This document shows positions 33,834 to 43,680 of a DNA stretch of 48,093 bases, piece after piece. The first letter of the stretch is position 1. Each line of letters starts with the position of its first letter. Origin of the DNA: Candidatus Methylomirabilota bacterium (GTDB taxonomy: Bacteria > Methylomirabilota > Methylomirabilia > Rokubacteriales > CSP1-6); contig JBKPDT010000160.1 of the NCBI GenBank assembly GCA_046728035.1, forward strand, positions 1-48,093, in the 5' to 3' direction. A program made the translations under genes and the position numbers. The notes under the pieces are model-generated. The model worked only from the letters and a program-made list of their open reading frames with translations, ran no database searches and was not told the origin of the DNA.

Positions 33834-34516
33834 AGCTCCCCCCGCTCGGCCAGGCTCGCGAATCGCCCGCGCCCGATCACCACGTGGTCGTGGATGTGCA
33901 GCTCCAGCAGCTTCGAGCATTCTACCAGTTGCCGCGTCAGCCGCAGGTCCTCCCGGCTGGGTGTAGGGTCGCCGCTGGGATGGTTGTGGAGCAGGATCAG
34001 GGAAGCCGCCGACTCCAGGATGGCGGGCTTGAAGACCTCCCGTGGGTGCACCAGGCTCGCCGACAGTGTCCCCTCCGACACCACCACGTCGCGCAGCAGG
34101 CCGTTCTGCGCGTCGAGGAGCGCGATGCGGAAGACTTCCTTGTCGAGGTCCTCCATGAGCGGGCCGTAGCGGGCGAAGACTTCGGCCGGGCTCGACAGCA
34201 CCGCGCGTCCGTGGCCGTTTCGCGAGCGCAGGCGGCGGGTGAGCTCGAAGGCGGCGGCCAGTCGTACGGCCTTGACCCGGCCCACGCCGGGACGGCCCGC
34301 GAGCTCGGTGACGCCGCGGCCGGCCAGCGCCGAGAGCGAGCCGTAGCTCACGAGGAGATCGCGCGCCACCTCCACCGCGTTGCGCCCCCGCACGCCCGCC
34401 CCGAGCTGGATGGCGAGGAGCTCGGCGTCGGCCAGGGCCGCCGCGCCCTGGTGGTAGAGCCGCTCGCGTGGACGCTCCTCGAGCGGCCATTCCTCGATGC
34501 GTGTCCCCGGCGCCAT
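33830..34516 (-). CDS. radC: RadC-family JAB/MPN-domain protein
   Basis: ATG 34516. Has the HhH-like 'DAELLAIQLGAGVRGRNAVEVARDLL' and the JAMM motif 'LILLHNHPSGDPTPSREDLRLT'. Confidence 0.85.
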   Translation of the reverse strand: MAPGTRIEEWPLEERPRERLYHQGAAALADAELLAIQLGAGVRGRNAVEVARDLLVSYGSLSALAGRGVTELAGRPGVGRVKAVRLAAAFELTRRLRSRNGHGRAVLSSPAEVFARYGPLMEDLDKEVFRIALLDAQNGLLRDVVVSEGTLSASLVHPREVFKPAILESAASLILLHNHPSGDPTPSREDLRLTRQLVECSKLLELHIHDHVVIGRGRFASLAERGEL

Positions 34517-34547
34517 GCGGCGACTCTGCCCGGGGCGCGGAGACGGG

Positions 34548-35888
34548 TCAATGTCTCGCGATCGATACAGCCCCGTGGCCCCGCCACCGCCGGTACGCGT
34601 CCAGCGCGCGTGTCCCGAGCGCGGCGCCCGCGCCGATGGCGAGCGCGTCGGTGACGGCCGGAACATGGGAGGCCTGGAGGAGCTGGAGCGTCTCCAGGGC
34701 CGCCCCGAGCGCGAGCGCGCCCCTCCACGGCGCCCGCACCTCGGCCGCGCGCAGCGAGGCGCCGAAGAAGCCGCTCCACGCGACCTTGGTCCCCAGATCG
34801 AACAGCGCGCTGTGGGGATCGGCGTAGAAGTACGAGGCCAGCGGGATCCACTCGATGCGCGCGGCCTTGGCTGCGATCCGATCGGCCGACCCCAGCCAGT
34901 CGAAGGGCGAGAGCTCCCGATAGGCGAGCGCCGCGCCCGTCAACCATGCGAGCCGAACGGCCCCACGCTCGCGCGCGCCCGGCGAGCCGGCGAGCGGCGC
35001 GAAGGCCACGAGCCCGAGGAGCCCGCCCGCCGCCGCCAGGATGACGTTGTCCACATTCGGCGCCCGGCCCACGATCAGGAGCTTGCCCACCTCGAGAGCG
35101 GACGCCCAGAGCGTCGCGAGGAGCCAGACCAGCGTGCCCCCTGCGATCCCCCCTCCCGGCCGCTCTAGCGGGCCTCCGAGGGCCAGTCGCCCCGCGATCG
35201 TCATCGCCGCATAGGGGAGCAGGCGGTCGACGACCAGATCGCCCCAGAAGCGTCGCCTGAAGCTTCCGAGGGGCACCCACTGGGCGCGCTTGAGATTGCC
35301 CCAGGCGGTTGAGACGTCCAGGGTGAGCGCATACGGGTAGAGCGCGTCGGCGGCGAGCAGCACCGCGACGGCGGCCACCACGACCAGAGACGGCCGCGCC
35401 CGCAGAGGGGTGCCCAGCCAGCGCTCGACTCCGCGCGCGGCGCCCATGCCGAGCCCGTGCGCGGCCAGCGCGCCGATGACCGCCCCCGCCGCCTGCGCCA
35501 GCACGTCCAGCGCCGAGGCGGTGCGGGTCGGAGCCAGGATCTGTCCCACCTCGACCATTCCGGCAAAGATGGTCGCCATCACCAGGGTACCCGCGACCCG
35601 GGCGGCGAGGCTCCGACCCACCAGGCGGCCACGGACGAGGAGCACGCCCACCGGAAGGCCGAGCAGCACGTTGCTGACCAGGTCGGCCCGAGAGAAGAGC
35701 CGCCGCCCGTTCGGGTCGAAGAGGGTGAGGGTGCCCCAGAACCGGGCCAGGTCTCGCTGCACCTCCGCCGGATCGACGCGGAACGAGAACGGGAAGAAGG
35801 AACCGTAGACGACGAACGCGGCGAACGCCAGCAGGAGGATCCGCGCCGGGCGCGCGGCGGCCGCCTCCCCCGCCGGCACCCCCGTCAC
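34548..35888 (-). CDS. VanZ-like polytopic membrane protein with three VanZ-type repeats
   Basis: GTG 35888 overlaps the tsaE stop (GTGA). Has repeated 'E-x-x-Q/K...D...N/A..G..(I/L)G' units: 'MVEVGQILAPTRTASALDVLAQAAGAVIG', 'ALEVGKLLIVGRAPNVDNVILAAAGGLLG' and 'ALETLQLLQASHVPAVTDALAIGAGAALG'. Confidence 0.6.
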   Translation of the reverse strand: MTGVPAGEAAAARPARILLLAFAAFVVYGSFFPFSFRVDPAEVQRDLARFWGTLTLFDPNGRRLFSRADLVSNVLLGLPVGVLLVRGRLVGRSLAARVAGTLVMATIFAGMVEVGQILAPTRTASALDVLAQAAGAVIGALAAHGLGMGAARGVERWLGTPLRARPSLVVVAAVAVLLAADALYPYALTLDVSTAWGNLKRAQWVPLGSFRRRFWGDLVVDRLLPYAAMTIAGRLALGGPLERPGGGIAGGTLVWLLATLWASALEVGKLLIVGRAPNVDNVILAAAGGLLGLVAFAPLAGSPGARERGAVRLAWLTGAALAYRELSPFDWLGSADRIAAKAARIEWIPLASYFYADPHSALFDLGTKVAWSGFFGASLRAAEVRAPWRGALALGAALETLQLLQASHVPAVTDALAIGAGAALGTRALDAYRRWRGHGAVSIARH

Positions 35889-36319
35889 GTGCTGGCTCCT
35901 GGCTCCTCCAATTCGATACGCCGGGGCTCGTCGCCCAGCCCCGAGATGCGCACGATGATCGCCCGCGCGGGCAGGAGCGGGAGGATCTTGTCCGCCCACT
36001 CGATCAGGGTCACGCCCTCGCCATCCAGCATCTCCTCGAGGCCGAGGTCGAGCACCTCGGTGAGGCTGTCCGTGCGATACGCGTCAAGGTGGTGCACGGG
36101 AAGCCGCCCGCGATAGACGTTGACGAGCGTGAAAGTCGGGCTCGTGACGTCCGACGCCACCCCGAGTCCGCGCGCCACGCCCTGGAGGAAGCTGGTCTTG
36201 CCCGTCCCCAGCTCGCCCAGGCAGGCCACGACCGCGCCCGGGCCGAGCCCCGCGCCGATCTCCTCGCCGAGGGCCTGAGTCTCTTCCGCGCTCCTGGTGA
36301 CGCGCTCCCGCCGGGTCAT
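35885..36319 (-). CDS. tsaE: tRNA t6A37 threonylcarbamoyl-transfer ATPase TsaE
   Basis: ATG 36319 overlaps the nnr stop (ATGA). Has 'LGELGTGKTSFLQGVARGLG', 'SPTFTLVNVY', 'HLDAYR' and 'VTLIEW'. Confidence 0.85.
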   Translation of the reverse strand: MTRRERVTRSAEETQALGEEIGAGLGPGAVVACLGELGTGKTSFLQGVARGLGVASDVTSPTFTLVNVYRGRLPVHHLDAYRTDSLTEVLDLGLEEMLDGEGVTLIEWADKILPLLPARAIIVRISGLGDEPRRIELEEPGAST

Positions 36320-37875
36320 TCGCGCTTCGGCGACAGCGCGCGGGGGATGGCCTCCACGATGTCCCCGGCGATCATGCCCTCCTCGCCTTGCGCGTCGCGG
36401 GCAAGGTCTCCGGCCAGCCCGTGCAGATACACCGCGGCCTGAAGCGCCACGAGCGGGTCCAGGCCGCGCGCGAGCAAGGCGCCCGCCATTCCCGTGAGCA
36501 CGTCTCCCGAGCCGCCCTTGGCCATTCCGGGGTTTCCCGTGGGATTGATCCAGACTCTTCCGTCGGGCGCGGACACCACGGTGCCCGCGCCCTTGAGCGC
36601 GAGCCACACGCGGTGGGTGACCGCGAAGTCCCGCGCGCGCTCGATCCGGTCCGCTTGCACCTCTTCGACGCTGACACCGAGCATGCGTGCCATCTCGCCC
36701 GGATGCGGCGTGAGGAGCCGGGGCCCGGCCGCGGCCTTGAGGATGTCGAGATGCCCGGCCAGGGCGGACAATGCGTCGGCATCGACCACCATCGGGCGGG
36801 GCGTCGCCGCCACGAGCTCGCGGGCCAGCGCCTGCGTCTCCTCGGCGAGCGACAGCCCCGGTCCCAGCGCGATGGCGTCCGCGGCGCCGGCGAGCGCGTG
36901 GAGGCGCCCCACCGCGGCGCGCGCGAGCGATCCCGGCGGGATCTCCGGCAGCGCCTCCGTCATGTACTCGGCCCCCAGCGCGGCGACCACGGGCTGCTGG
37001 GAGCCGGGGGTCGCGACGGTGACCAGTCCCGTCCCGCTCCGGAGCGCCGCGCGCGCGGCGAGCGCCGCCGCGCCCGTCTTGCCCAGCGAGCCCGCCACGA
37101 CGAGGAGATGGCCGTAGACGCCCTTGTGCGCGTCGGTGGGCCGCGGCGTGAACCCCGCCCGCACGTCGGTCTCTTCCAGCAAGAAGGTCCGGACGTTCCG
37201 CCCCACCTCGGGGGGCGGGATGCCGATGGGGACGATCGCGATCTCGCCTGCCCGCGCGGCGGCGGGGTGGAGCAGGAGCGAGCGCTTGTAGCCCGCGAAA
37301 GTGGTGGTGAGGGTGGCACGCACCGTGGGGCCGAGGAGAGCCCCGCGATCCGACGACAGGCCCGAGGGCAGGTCGAGCGAGATCACAGGCCGCGTGGCGC
37401 GCGCCCCCGTCGCTGTTCCGTCGAGCCGCGCGATCACCTCGCCCAGCAGACCGCGCGCCGGGCCCTCGAGCCCGGTGCCGAGGAGGGCGTCCACGACGAG
37501 GTCGGCGGCGGCCAGCGCGCGGTCGACGGCGGGCAGCCCAGCCTCGCTGGTGACCTCCTCCACGTGCCCTGTCCAGCGGCGCAGCGCCGCCGCCGCGTCA
37601 CCGCGGACCTCGGCGCGACGCGCGAGGAGAAAGACGCGCACGCGCGCTCCCGCGGCGCGGAGCCGGCGCGCCACCACGAACCCATCGCCGCCATTGTTCC
37701 CCTTGCCGCAGAGCACCACCACCGAGCGGCCCCGCAGGGGGCGCCAGCGCCGGGCGATGAGCCGCGCCGCGCCGCCGCCCGCTGCCTCCATGAGCCGCGG
37801 TCCCGGGATGCCGAGCGTACCGATCGCGCGCGCGTCCAGCTCCCGCATCTCCTGCGCGGTGAATACCGGGAGCAC
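36316..37875 (-). CDS. nnr: Bifunctional NAD(P)H-hydrate repair enzyme (epimerase + ADP-dependent dehydratase)
   Basis: The N-terminal YjeF_N part has 'VVVLCGKGNNGGDGFVVARRL'. The C-terminal ribokinase-like part has 'GVYGHLLVVAGS...', 'DADAL' and 'GMAKGGSGDVLTGMAGALLA'. Confidence 0.85.
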   Translation of the reverse strand: MLPVFTAQEMRELDARAIGTLGIPGPRLMEAAGGGAARLIARRWRPLRGRSVVVLCGKGNNGGDGFVVARRLRAAGARVRVFLLARRAEVRGDAAAALRRWTGHVEEVTSEAGLPAVDRALAAADLVVDALLGTGLEGPARGLLGEVIARLDGTATGARATRPVISLDLPSGLSSDRGALLGPTVRATLTTTFAGYKRSLLLHPAAARAGEIAIVPIGIPPPEVGRNVRTFLLEETDVRAGFTPRPTDAHKGVYGHLLVVAGSLGKTGAAALAARAALRSGTGLVTVATPGSQQPVVAALGAEYMTEALPEIPPGSLARAAVGRLHALAGAADAIALGPGLSLAEETQALARELVAATPRPMVVDADALSALAGHLDILKAAAGPRLLTPHPGEMARMLGVSVEEVQADRIERARDFAVTHRVWLALKGAGTVVSAPDGRVWINPTGNPGMAKGGSGDVLTGMAGALLARGLDPLVALQAAVYLHGLAGDLARDAQGEEGMIAGDIVEAIPRALSPKRE

Positions 37876-37903
37876 GCGCTCGGCCGCCGGCGCGCGAGCG
37901 CGC

Positions 37904-38338
37904 CTAGCCGCGCTCCGCGCGCGGACCCGCCACCTCGCCCACGAGCATGACCTGGGCGAACGCGTAATCCCCGTCGTGCGTGAGCGAGACGAGCACGCGG
38001 CTGGCCCCCTTGGCGCGCGCGATGGCCGCCGAGCGGCCCGACAGCGCCATGGTCGGAGCCGCCCCGCGCTCGCGTCGCACCTCGAGCTCCCGCCAGCTCA
38101 CGCCCATGGACAACCCCGTGCCGAGTGCCTTGAGGGCGGCCTCCTTGGCGGCGAAGCGCGCGGCCAGATGCGGGATGGGGTCGTGGTGGCGCCGGCAATA
38201 GGCGATCTCGCCGTCGGTGAAGACGCGGCGGAGGAAGCGCTCTTGCCAGCGCTCGACAATGCGGCGGAGCCGGGGGATCCCGGCCAGGTCCACTCCGATG
38301 CCGCGAATGCTCTCCGCCGCCCCTGGAGGACCGCTCAC
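37904..38338 (-). CDS. acpS: Holo-[acyl-carrier-protein] synthase
   Basis: GTG 38338 overlaps the glmM stop (GTGA). Has 'GIGVDLAGIPR', 'FAAKEAALKALG' and 'VSLTHDGDYAFAQV'. Confidence 0.85.
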   Translation of the reverse strand: MSGPPGAAESIRGIGVDLAGIPRLRRIVERWQERFLRRVFTDGEIAYCRRHHDPIPHLAARFAAKEAALKALGTGLSMGVSWRELEVRRERGAAPTMALSGRSAAIARAKGASRVLVSLTHDGDYAFAQVMLVGEVAGPRAERG

Positions 38339-39687
38339 GAGCCGATGGCCCGGCGGATGATGCCGGCGAGCTCCTGCGCGATGCCTTCGATCTGCCTCTG
38401 CTCCTGTCCCTCGACCATCACCCGGGCCAGCAGCTCGGTGCCGGAATACCGAAGCAGGATGCGTCCGGCTCCGTTCATCTGGCCTTCCAGCGTCTCCAGG
38501 CGCGGCTGGAGCCCCGCGATCGACTCCAGCGGCGGCTTACTGCGCACCCGGACATTCACCAGGACCTGCGGAAACTTGGTGAGGCACGCGGCGAGCGCCG
38601 ACAGCGGCTGGCCGGTCTCGCGCATCACCGAGAGGATCTGAAGGGCCGACACGATGCCGTCGCCGGTGGTGGTGTGGTCGAGGAAGAGGAGGTGACCCGA
38701 CTGCTCGCCGCCCAGTACCGCGCCGATCCGCACCATCTCCTCGAGCACGTAGCGGTCGCCGACCTGGGTCTTGACGGTCTGGATGCCGGCCGCGCGGAGC
38801 GAGTGCTCGAGACCGAGGTTGGCCATCACGGTGCTCACGACCACGCTGCCGCGGAGGCGCCCCTGGGCGGCGAGATGGCGGCCGCAGATGGCCAGCGCGT
38901 AGTCGCCATCGCGAACCTCGCCCGTCTCGTCCACGCAGATCAGCCGGTCACCGTCGCCGTCGAAGGCCACCCCGAGATCCGCGCGCGTCGCGCGCACGCG
39001 CGCCTGGAGCCCCTCGGGGTGGAGCGCGCCGACCCCTAGATTGATGTTCTGCCCGTCGGGCTCGGCGCCGAGCACGGTGACCTTGGCGCCGAGAGTCTCG
39101 AAGACGCGCGGCCCCACCCGGTAGGTCGCCCCGTTCGCGCAGTCCAGGACCACGTGAAACCCCTGGAGGTCGAGGGAGAATGTGCCCGCCGCGTGGCCCG
39201 CGTAGTCGGACTCCGCCTGATGGCGATGGGAAATCAGCCGCCCGACGTCCGCCCCGGTGGGCTTGGGCGCTCGATCCGGCGCGGCGAGCCGCGCCTCGAT
39301 CTCGTCCTCCCAGGCGTCGGGGAACTTCGCCCCCTCGGAGGAGAAGATCTTGATGCCGTTGTCCTCGAAGGGATTGTGCGAGGCCGAGATCACCACGCCG
39401 CCGTGCGCTTCGAGGTGCCGGGCAAGGTGCGCGATGCCCGGCGTCGGAAGCACGCCGACCACGAAGACGTCCGCGCCCGCCGACAGCGCGCCCGACACGA
39501 GCGCTCCTTCGAGCATCGGTCCCGACTGGCGCGTGTCGCGACCCACGACCAGCCGCACCTTGGCCACGCCATGATGCTCGAGCAGCGTCGCCACCAGCTG
39601 GCGGCCGAGACGGAAGACGAGCTCGGTGGTCAGGGGCTCGACATTGGCGAGCCCCCGGATGCCGTCGGTGCCGAAGAGCCGGGTCAT
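38335..39687 (-). CDS. glmM: Phosphoglucosamine mutase
   Basis: ATG 39687 ('MTRLFGTDGIRG') overlaps the upstream stop (ATGA). Has the active-site loop 'VVISASHNPFEDNGIKIF', 'DGDGDR' and 'GEQSGH'. Confidence 0.9.
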   Translation of the reverse strand: MTRLFGTDGIRGLANVEPLTTELVFRLGRQLVATLLEHHGVAKVRLVVGRDTRQSGPMLEGALVSGALSAGADVFVVGVLPTPGIAHLARHLEAHGGVVISASHNPFEDNGIKIFSSEGAKFPDAWEDEIEARLAAPDRAPKPTGADVGRLISHRHQAESDYAGHAAGTFSLDLQGFHVVLDCANGATYRVGPRVFETLGAKVTVLGAEPDGQNINLGVGALHPEGLQARVRATRADLGVAFDGDGDRLICVDETGEVRDGDYALAICGRHLAAQGRLRGSVVVSTVMANLGLEHSLRAAGIQTVKTQVGDRYVLEEMVRIGAVLGGEQSGHLLFLDHTTTGDGIVSALQILSVMRETGQPLSALAACLTKFPQVLVNVRVRSKPPLESIAGLQPRLETLEGQMNGAGRILLRYSGTELLARVMVEGQEQRQIEGIAQELAGIIRRAIGS

Positions 39688-40073
39688 TGCCGCGCCTCCG
39701 CGCGCTTGGCTTCGAGGGTCACGCGCAGGCGCGAGGGGCTCACGCGGAGCACGGTCACCCCGGTGGGCGCGGTGATCTGGTCGGGCTCGAGACGGATCAG
39801 GACCTCGCCGGCTCGGGCGCCGGCCAGGCTCACCCGCGCCCGCACCTGCTCGGGGCCTACCCGCGCGAGTACGGCGCGGAGCCCATGGAGCTGGACGTCG
39901 ACGCTGTCGGGCCGCTCGCCCGTCACCTCGAGCCCCACGGGGATCGCGTCGAGCTCGACGGGCGCGGCGAGGACGACCTCGGCCTTCTCGGACGTCATGA
40001 CGAAGACCCACAGTGCCGAGGCCAGCGCGAGCGCCGCCAGCTTGAGCTCCCAGTGCCGGACGAGCCGCCTCAC
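39684..40073 (-). CDS. Short YbbR-domain protein (CdaR-like regulator of CdaA), single domain
   Basis: GTG 40073 overlaps the cdaA stop (GTGA). Has the anchor 'WELKLAALALASALWVFVM', then one YbbR-like unit 'VELDAIPVGLEVTGERPDSVDVQLHG...VSLAGARAGEVLIRL'. Only 129 aa. Confidence 0.6.
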   Translation of the reverse strand: MRRLVRHWELKLAALALASALWVFVMTSEKAEVVLAAPVELDAIPVGLEVTGERPDSVDVQLHGLRAVLARVGPEQVRARVSLAGARAGEVLIRLEPDQITAPTGVTVLRVSPSRLRVTLEAKRAEARQ

Positions 40074-40903
40074 TTCCGCAGCCACTCCCAGGCGGGCAGC
40101 CACCAGCCCGTCCGACGCGACGCCGGAGGCCCGCCCAGCGCGAACATCTCGCCCAGCCGCTGCCGGAGCGCCTCCCGGTCGAGGGGGCTTTCCATGTGGC
40201 CGGCGATGGCCAGCGAGATGCGGCCGCTTTCCTCCGACACGACGAGGACGACCGCGTCCGTCTCTTCGGACAGCCCCACCGCGGCCCGGTGCCGCGTGCC
40301 CATGGCGCGCCCGAGCTGGGTGTTGCGGCTGAGGGGCAGGAAGCAGCCCGCCGCGGCGACGCGAGTGTCGCGGATGAACACCGCGCCGTCGTGGAGCGGG
40401 GAGTAGGGCAGGAAGAGGCTCACGAGGAGATCGGCCGACACGAGGGCGTCGAGCGGCACGCCCAGCTCGGCATAGTTGCGGAGGCCGGTGCTCCGTTCGA
40501 GCACGATGAGGGCGCCCATGCGCTTGGCGGCCAGGGATTCCGCGGCCTTCACGACATCGTCGATCACGTGGCCCTGCTGCTCTTGGCGCGATCCCAGCAG
40601 CGACTGGAGCAGCGGGTTCTGCCCGATCTGGGCGAGCGCCCGCCGGAACTCGGGCTGGAAGAGAACCACGAGGGCGAGCACCCACACCGACCAGAAATTC
40701 TCGAGGATCCAGCTCGTGCTGAAGAGGTCGAGGCGGCGGGCGAGGAAGGAGGCGATCATGAGGCCGCCCAGGCCCGCCAGCATCTGGACGGCCCGCGTGC
40801 CCCGGAACATCACGAGCACGCGATAGACCACCGCGGCGACGAGCAGGATGTCCAGCGCGTCGCGAAGCCGGAAGGCGTGGATCACCCCCCACACGGCGCT
40901 CAC
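40070..40903 (-). CDS. cdaA: Diadenylate cyclase CdaA (c-di-AMP synthase, membrane-anchored)
   Basis: GTG 40903 overlaps the folP stop (GTGA). Has three N-terminal TM helices and a DAC domain with 'GALIVLER', 'PLHDGAVFI' (DGA) and 'GTRHRAAVGLSEETDAVVLVVSEESG' (RHR). Confidence 0.85.
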   Translation of the reverse strand: MSAVWGVIHAFRLRDALDILLVAAVVYRVLVMFRGTRAVQMLAGLGGLMIASFLARRLDLFSTSWILENFWSVWVLALVVLFQPEFRRALAQIGQNPLLQSLLGSRQEQQGHVIDDVVKAAESLAAKRMGALIVLERSTGLRNYAELGVPLDALVSADLLVSLFLPYSPLHDGAVFIRDTRVAAAGCFLPLSRNTQLGRAMGTRHRAAVGLSEETDAVVLVVSEESGRISLAIAGHMESPLDREALRQRLGEMFALGGPPASRRTGWWLPAWEWLRK

Positions 40904-41754
40904 CTGTCCGCGCGCGCGCGTTGGATGGCCTGGGCCACCCGGACGGCCTGCATGGTGGCCGCCACGTCATGGGTGCGGATCAGGTGCGCGCCCCCCAGCA
41001 CCGCCGCGGTGGCCGCGGCGAGGGAGCCCGGCAGGCGATCGGCGGGATCTTCGGCGTATGGATCGAGCGCGCCGATGAAGGACTTGCGGGAAGCGCCGAC
41101 ACAGATGGGCCGGCCCAGCGCCTGGAGCTCGGCGAGCCCGGCGAGCACCCGGCAGTCCCAGTCGTGCCAGGGCATGCCCCGTCGCCGGAAGAACCCGATC
41201 CCCGGATCCACCACGATCCGTTCCGCGTCGATCCTCGCCTGGGCGGCGAGGGTCAGGCTCTCGGCGAGGAGCTCCTGTACGGTGGCGATAGGCGAGCTCT
41301 CCTCGTGGCCACCGCGCTCAGAAGCCATCACGATGAGGCCTGCCCCCGACTCGGCGACGGCGCGGGCCAGCCCCGGGTCGGCGGTGAGACCGCGCACGTC
41401 GTTGATGATGCGAGCCCCCGCCTGGAGCGCCGTCCGCGCGGGCAGCGCGCGGCTCGTGTCGGCGGAGACGGGCACGCCGAGCTTGCCGACCAGGAGCTGG
41501 ATCGCCTCGCCCAGGCGGTCCGCCTCGCGCTCGGGCTCGATGGCGCCCTCGAGATATGGGGCGGTGGACATGGCCCCCACGTCGAGGATGGCCGCGCCCC
41601 CCGCCACCATCTCGTCGGCCGCGGCGAGCAGGGCTTCCCGGGACACCGCCACCGAGCCCGCGTAGAACGACTCGGGGCTCAGATTGAGGGCGCCGATGAC
41701 CGCGACGTCGCGCCCATCCCCCAACTCCAGCCCCGCCAGGCACGCTCGATTCAT
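40900..41754 (-). CDS. folP: Dihydropteroate synthase
   Basis: Has 'VIGALNLSPESFY', 'GAAILDVGAMST', 'VSADT', 'INDV', 'VVDPGIGF', 'CVGASRKSF' and 'GAHLIRTHDV'. Confidence 0.85.
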   Translation of the reverse strand: MNRACLAGLELGDGRDVAVIGALNLSPESFYAGSVAVSREALLAAADEMVAGGAAILDVGAMSTAPYLEGAIEPEREADRLGEAIQLLVGKLGVPVSADTSRALPARTALQAGARIINDVRGLTADPGLARAVAESGAGLIVMASERGGHEESSPIATVQELLAESLTLAAQARIDAERIVVDPGIGFFRRRGMPWHDWDCRVLAGLAELQALGRPICVGASRKSFIGALDPYAEDPADRLPGSLAAATAAVLGGAHLIRTHDVAATMQAVRVAQAIQRARADR

Positions 41755-41784
41755 CGCTCTGGCCGAGGTCGCGCCGCTCCAGCG

Positions 41785-43599
41785 CTAGGCCGGGGCGGGC
41801 GCCTCCTGGAAGGGTCGCGTGATCAGGATGCGGTTGATCTCCTCGCCGTCAAGGGTCTCCCGCTCGAGCAGCGCGCGCGCGAGGGCGTGCAGCTTCTCCA
41901 GGTTGGTCTCCAGCAGGTGCCGGGCCCGCGTCGCGCAGTCCGTCACGATGCGCTTGATCTCGGAGTCGATCAGGACCGCGGTGTCCTCGCTGTAGTCCTT
42001 GGGGCGGGACACCTCGCGGCCGAGGAAGATGTGCTCCTCGCCCTTGCCGAAGGTGAGGGGACCCATCTTGTCCGACATGCCCCACTCGCAGACCATCTTG
42101 CGGGCCATCTCGGTGGCCTTCTCGAGATCGTTGCCGGCGCCGGTCGTCTGCTGCTGGAAGACGAGCTCCTCGGCGGCGCGGCCGCCCAGGAGGATGGTGA
42201 TCTGGTTGATCAGGTACTCGCGCGAGTAGCTGTAGCGGTCGTCGGTGGGCAGCTGCATCGTGAGGCCGAGCGCGCGCCCGCGCGGGATGATGGTGACCTT
42301 GTGGAGCGGGTCGGCGCCGGGGAGGAGATATGCCACCAGGGCGTGCCCGCCCTCGTGATACGCGGTCGTGCGCTTCTCGGATTCGGGGATGATCATCGAC
42401 CGCCGCTCCACGCCCATGAGCACCTTGTCCTTGGCGTTTTCGAAGTCGATCATCTCGACGACCTTCTTGTCCTGCCGGGCCGCGAGGAGCGCCGCCTCGT
42501 TCACGAGGTTGGCCAGATCGGCGCCGGAGAAGCCGGAGGTCCCGCGCGCGAGCACGGTGAGCTCCACCTTGGGCGCGAGCGGAATGCGCCGGGAGTGGAC
42601 CTTGAGGATCTCCTCGCGCCCCTTGACGTCGGGCCGCGCCACCACCACCTGCCGGTCGAAGCGGCCGGGACGGAGCAGCGCGGGATCCAGCACGTCGGGC
42701 CGGTTCGTGGCCGCGATGAGGATCACGCCCTCGTTGGTCTCGAAGCCGTCCATCTCGACGAGCAGCTGGTTGAGGGTCTGCTCGCGCTCGTCGTGGCCGC
42801 CGCCCAGACCGGCCCCGCGATGCCGGCCGACCGCGTCGATCTCGTCCATGAAGATGATGCAGGGCGCGTGCTTCTTGCCCTGCTCGAAGAGGTCGCGCAC
42901 CCGCGAGGCGCCCACGCCCACGAACATCTCCACGAAGTCCGAGCCGGAGATGGAGAAGAACGGCACATTGGCCTCACCGGCGATGGCCTTGGCGAGGAGG
43001 GTCTTGCCGGTGCCGGGAGGGCCGACGAGGAGCACGCCCTTGGGGATCTTGCCCCCGAGCTTCTGGAAGCGCGGCGGATCCTTCAGGAACTCGATGATCT
43101 CGCGCAGCTCCTCCTTGGCCTCGTCCACCCCCGCGACGTCCTGGAAGGTCACCTTGTTCTGCTTCTCGGAGATGAGCCGCGCGCGCGCCTTGCCGAAGGA
43201 TAGAGCCTTGGCGCCGCCCCCCTGCATCTGCCGCATGAAGAAGATCCAGACGCCGATGAAGAGGAGCATGGGGACCCACTGCAGGAAGATCGCGAAGTAG
43301 GACGGATTACCGTCCACCGGCTTGACGATGATGCGGACGCCGCGGTCCTTGAGGACCTTGACGAGGTCCGGGTAGTCCGCGGTCATGGTCCGGAAGGACT
43401 CGCCGTTGGCGAGCTTGCCACTCACCGAGGTGCCCCGCAGCGTGACCTCGCGCACCTCGCCCGTCTCGACTTTCTTGAGGAAGTCCGAGAAGACGATCTC
43501 GTCTCGCGGCGACTCCTTCGCCTGGAAGAGGTTGAACAGGAGGATGACGATGAGCCCGATCACCATCCAGAGGGCGAGGTTCTTGTAGAAGGGGTTCAT
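41785..43599 (-). CDS. ftsH: ATP-dependent zinc metalloprotease FtsH
   Basis: ATG 43599 ('[22 protein letters not shown]'). Has Walker A '[13 protein letters not shown]', Walker B 'IIFMDEIDA', SRH '[19 protein letters not shown]' and the Zn site 'HEGGHAL'. Confidence 0.95.
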   Translation of the reverse strand: MNPFYKNLALWMVIGLIVILLFNLFQAKESPRDEIVFSDFLKKVETGEVREVTLRGTSVSGKLANGESFRTMTADYPDLVKVLKDRGVRIIVKPVDGNPSYFAIFLQWVPMLLFIGVWIFFMRQMQGGGAKALSFGKARARLISEKQNKVTFQDVAGVDEAKEELREIIEFLKDPPRFQKLGGKIPKGVLLVGPPGTGKTLLAKAIAGEANVPFFSISGSDFVEMFVGVGASRVRDLFEQGKKHAPCIIFMDEIDAVGRHRGAGLGGGHDEREQTLNQLLVEMDGFETNEGVILIAATNRPDVLDPALLRPGRFDRQVVVARPDVKGREEILKVHSRRIPLAPKVELTVLARGTSGFSGADLANLVNEAALLAARQDKKVVEMIDFENAKDKVLMGVERRSMIIPESEKRTTAYHEGGHALVAYLLPGADPLHKVTIIPRGRALGLTMQLPTDDRYSYSREYLINQITILLGGRAAEELVFQQQTTGAGNDLEKATEMARKMVCEWGMSDKMGPLTFGKGEEHIFLGREVSRPKDYSEDTAVLIDSEIKRIVTDCATRARHLLETNLEKLHALARALLERETLDGEEINRILITRPFQEAPAPA

Positions 43600-43680
43600 G
43601 GCGAAAAAAGTATAACACACGGCGCGATAGGCAACATCCGGGGACCGCCGACGACCCCGCGGTCTGCCCCTTGCGGCCGC

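Noticed and set aside
40921-43203. 760-aa plus-strand ORF
   Set aside because: It is antisense to folP and ftsH, both of which carry unmistakable catalytic motifs. The composition is artefactual.
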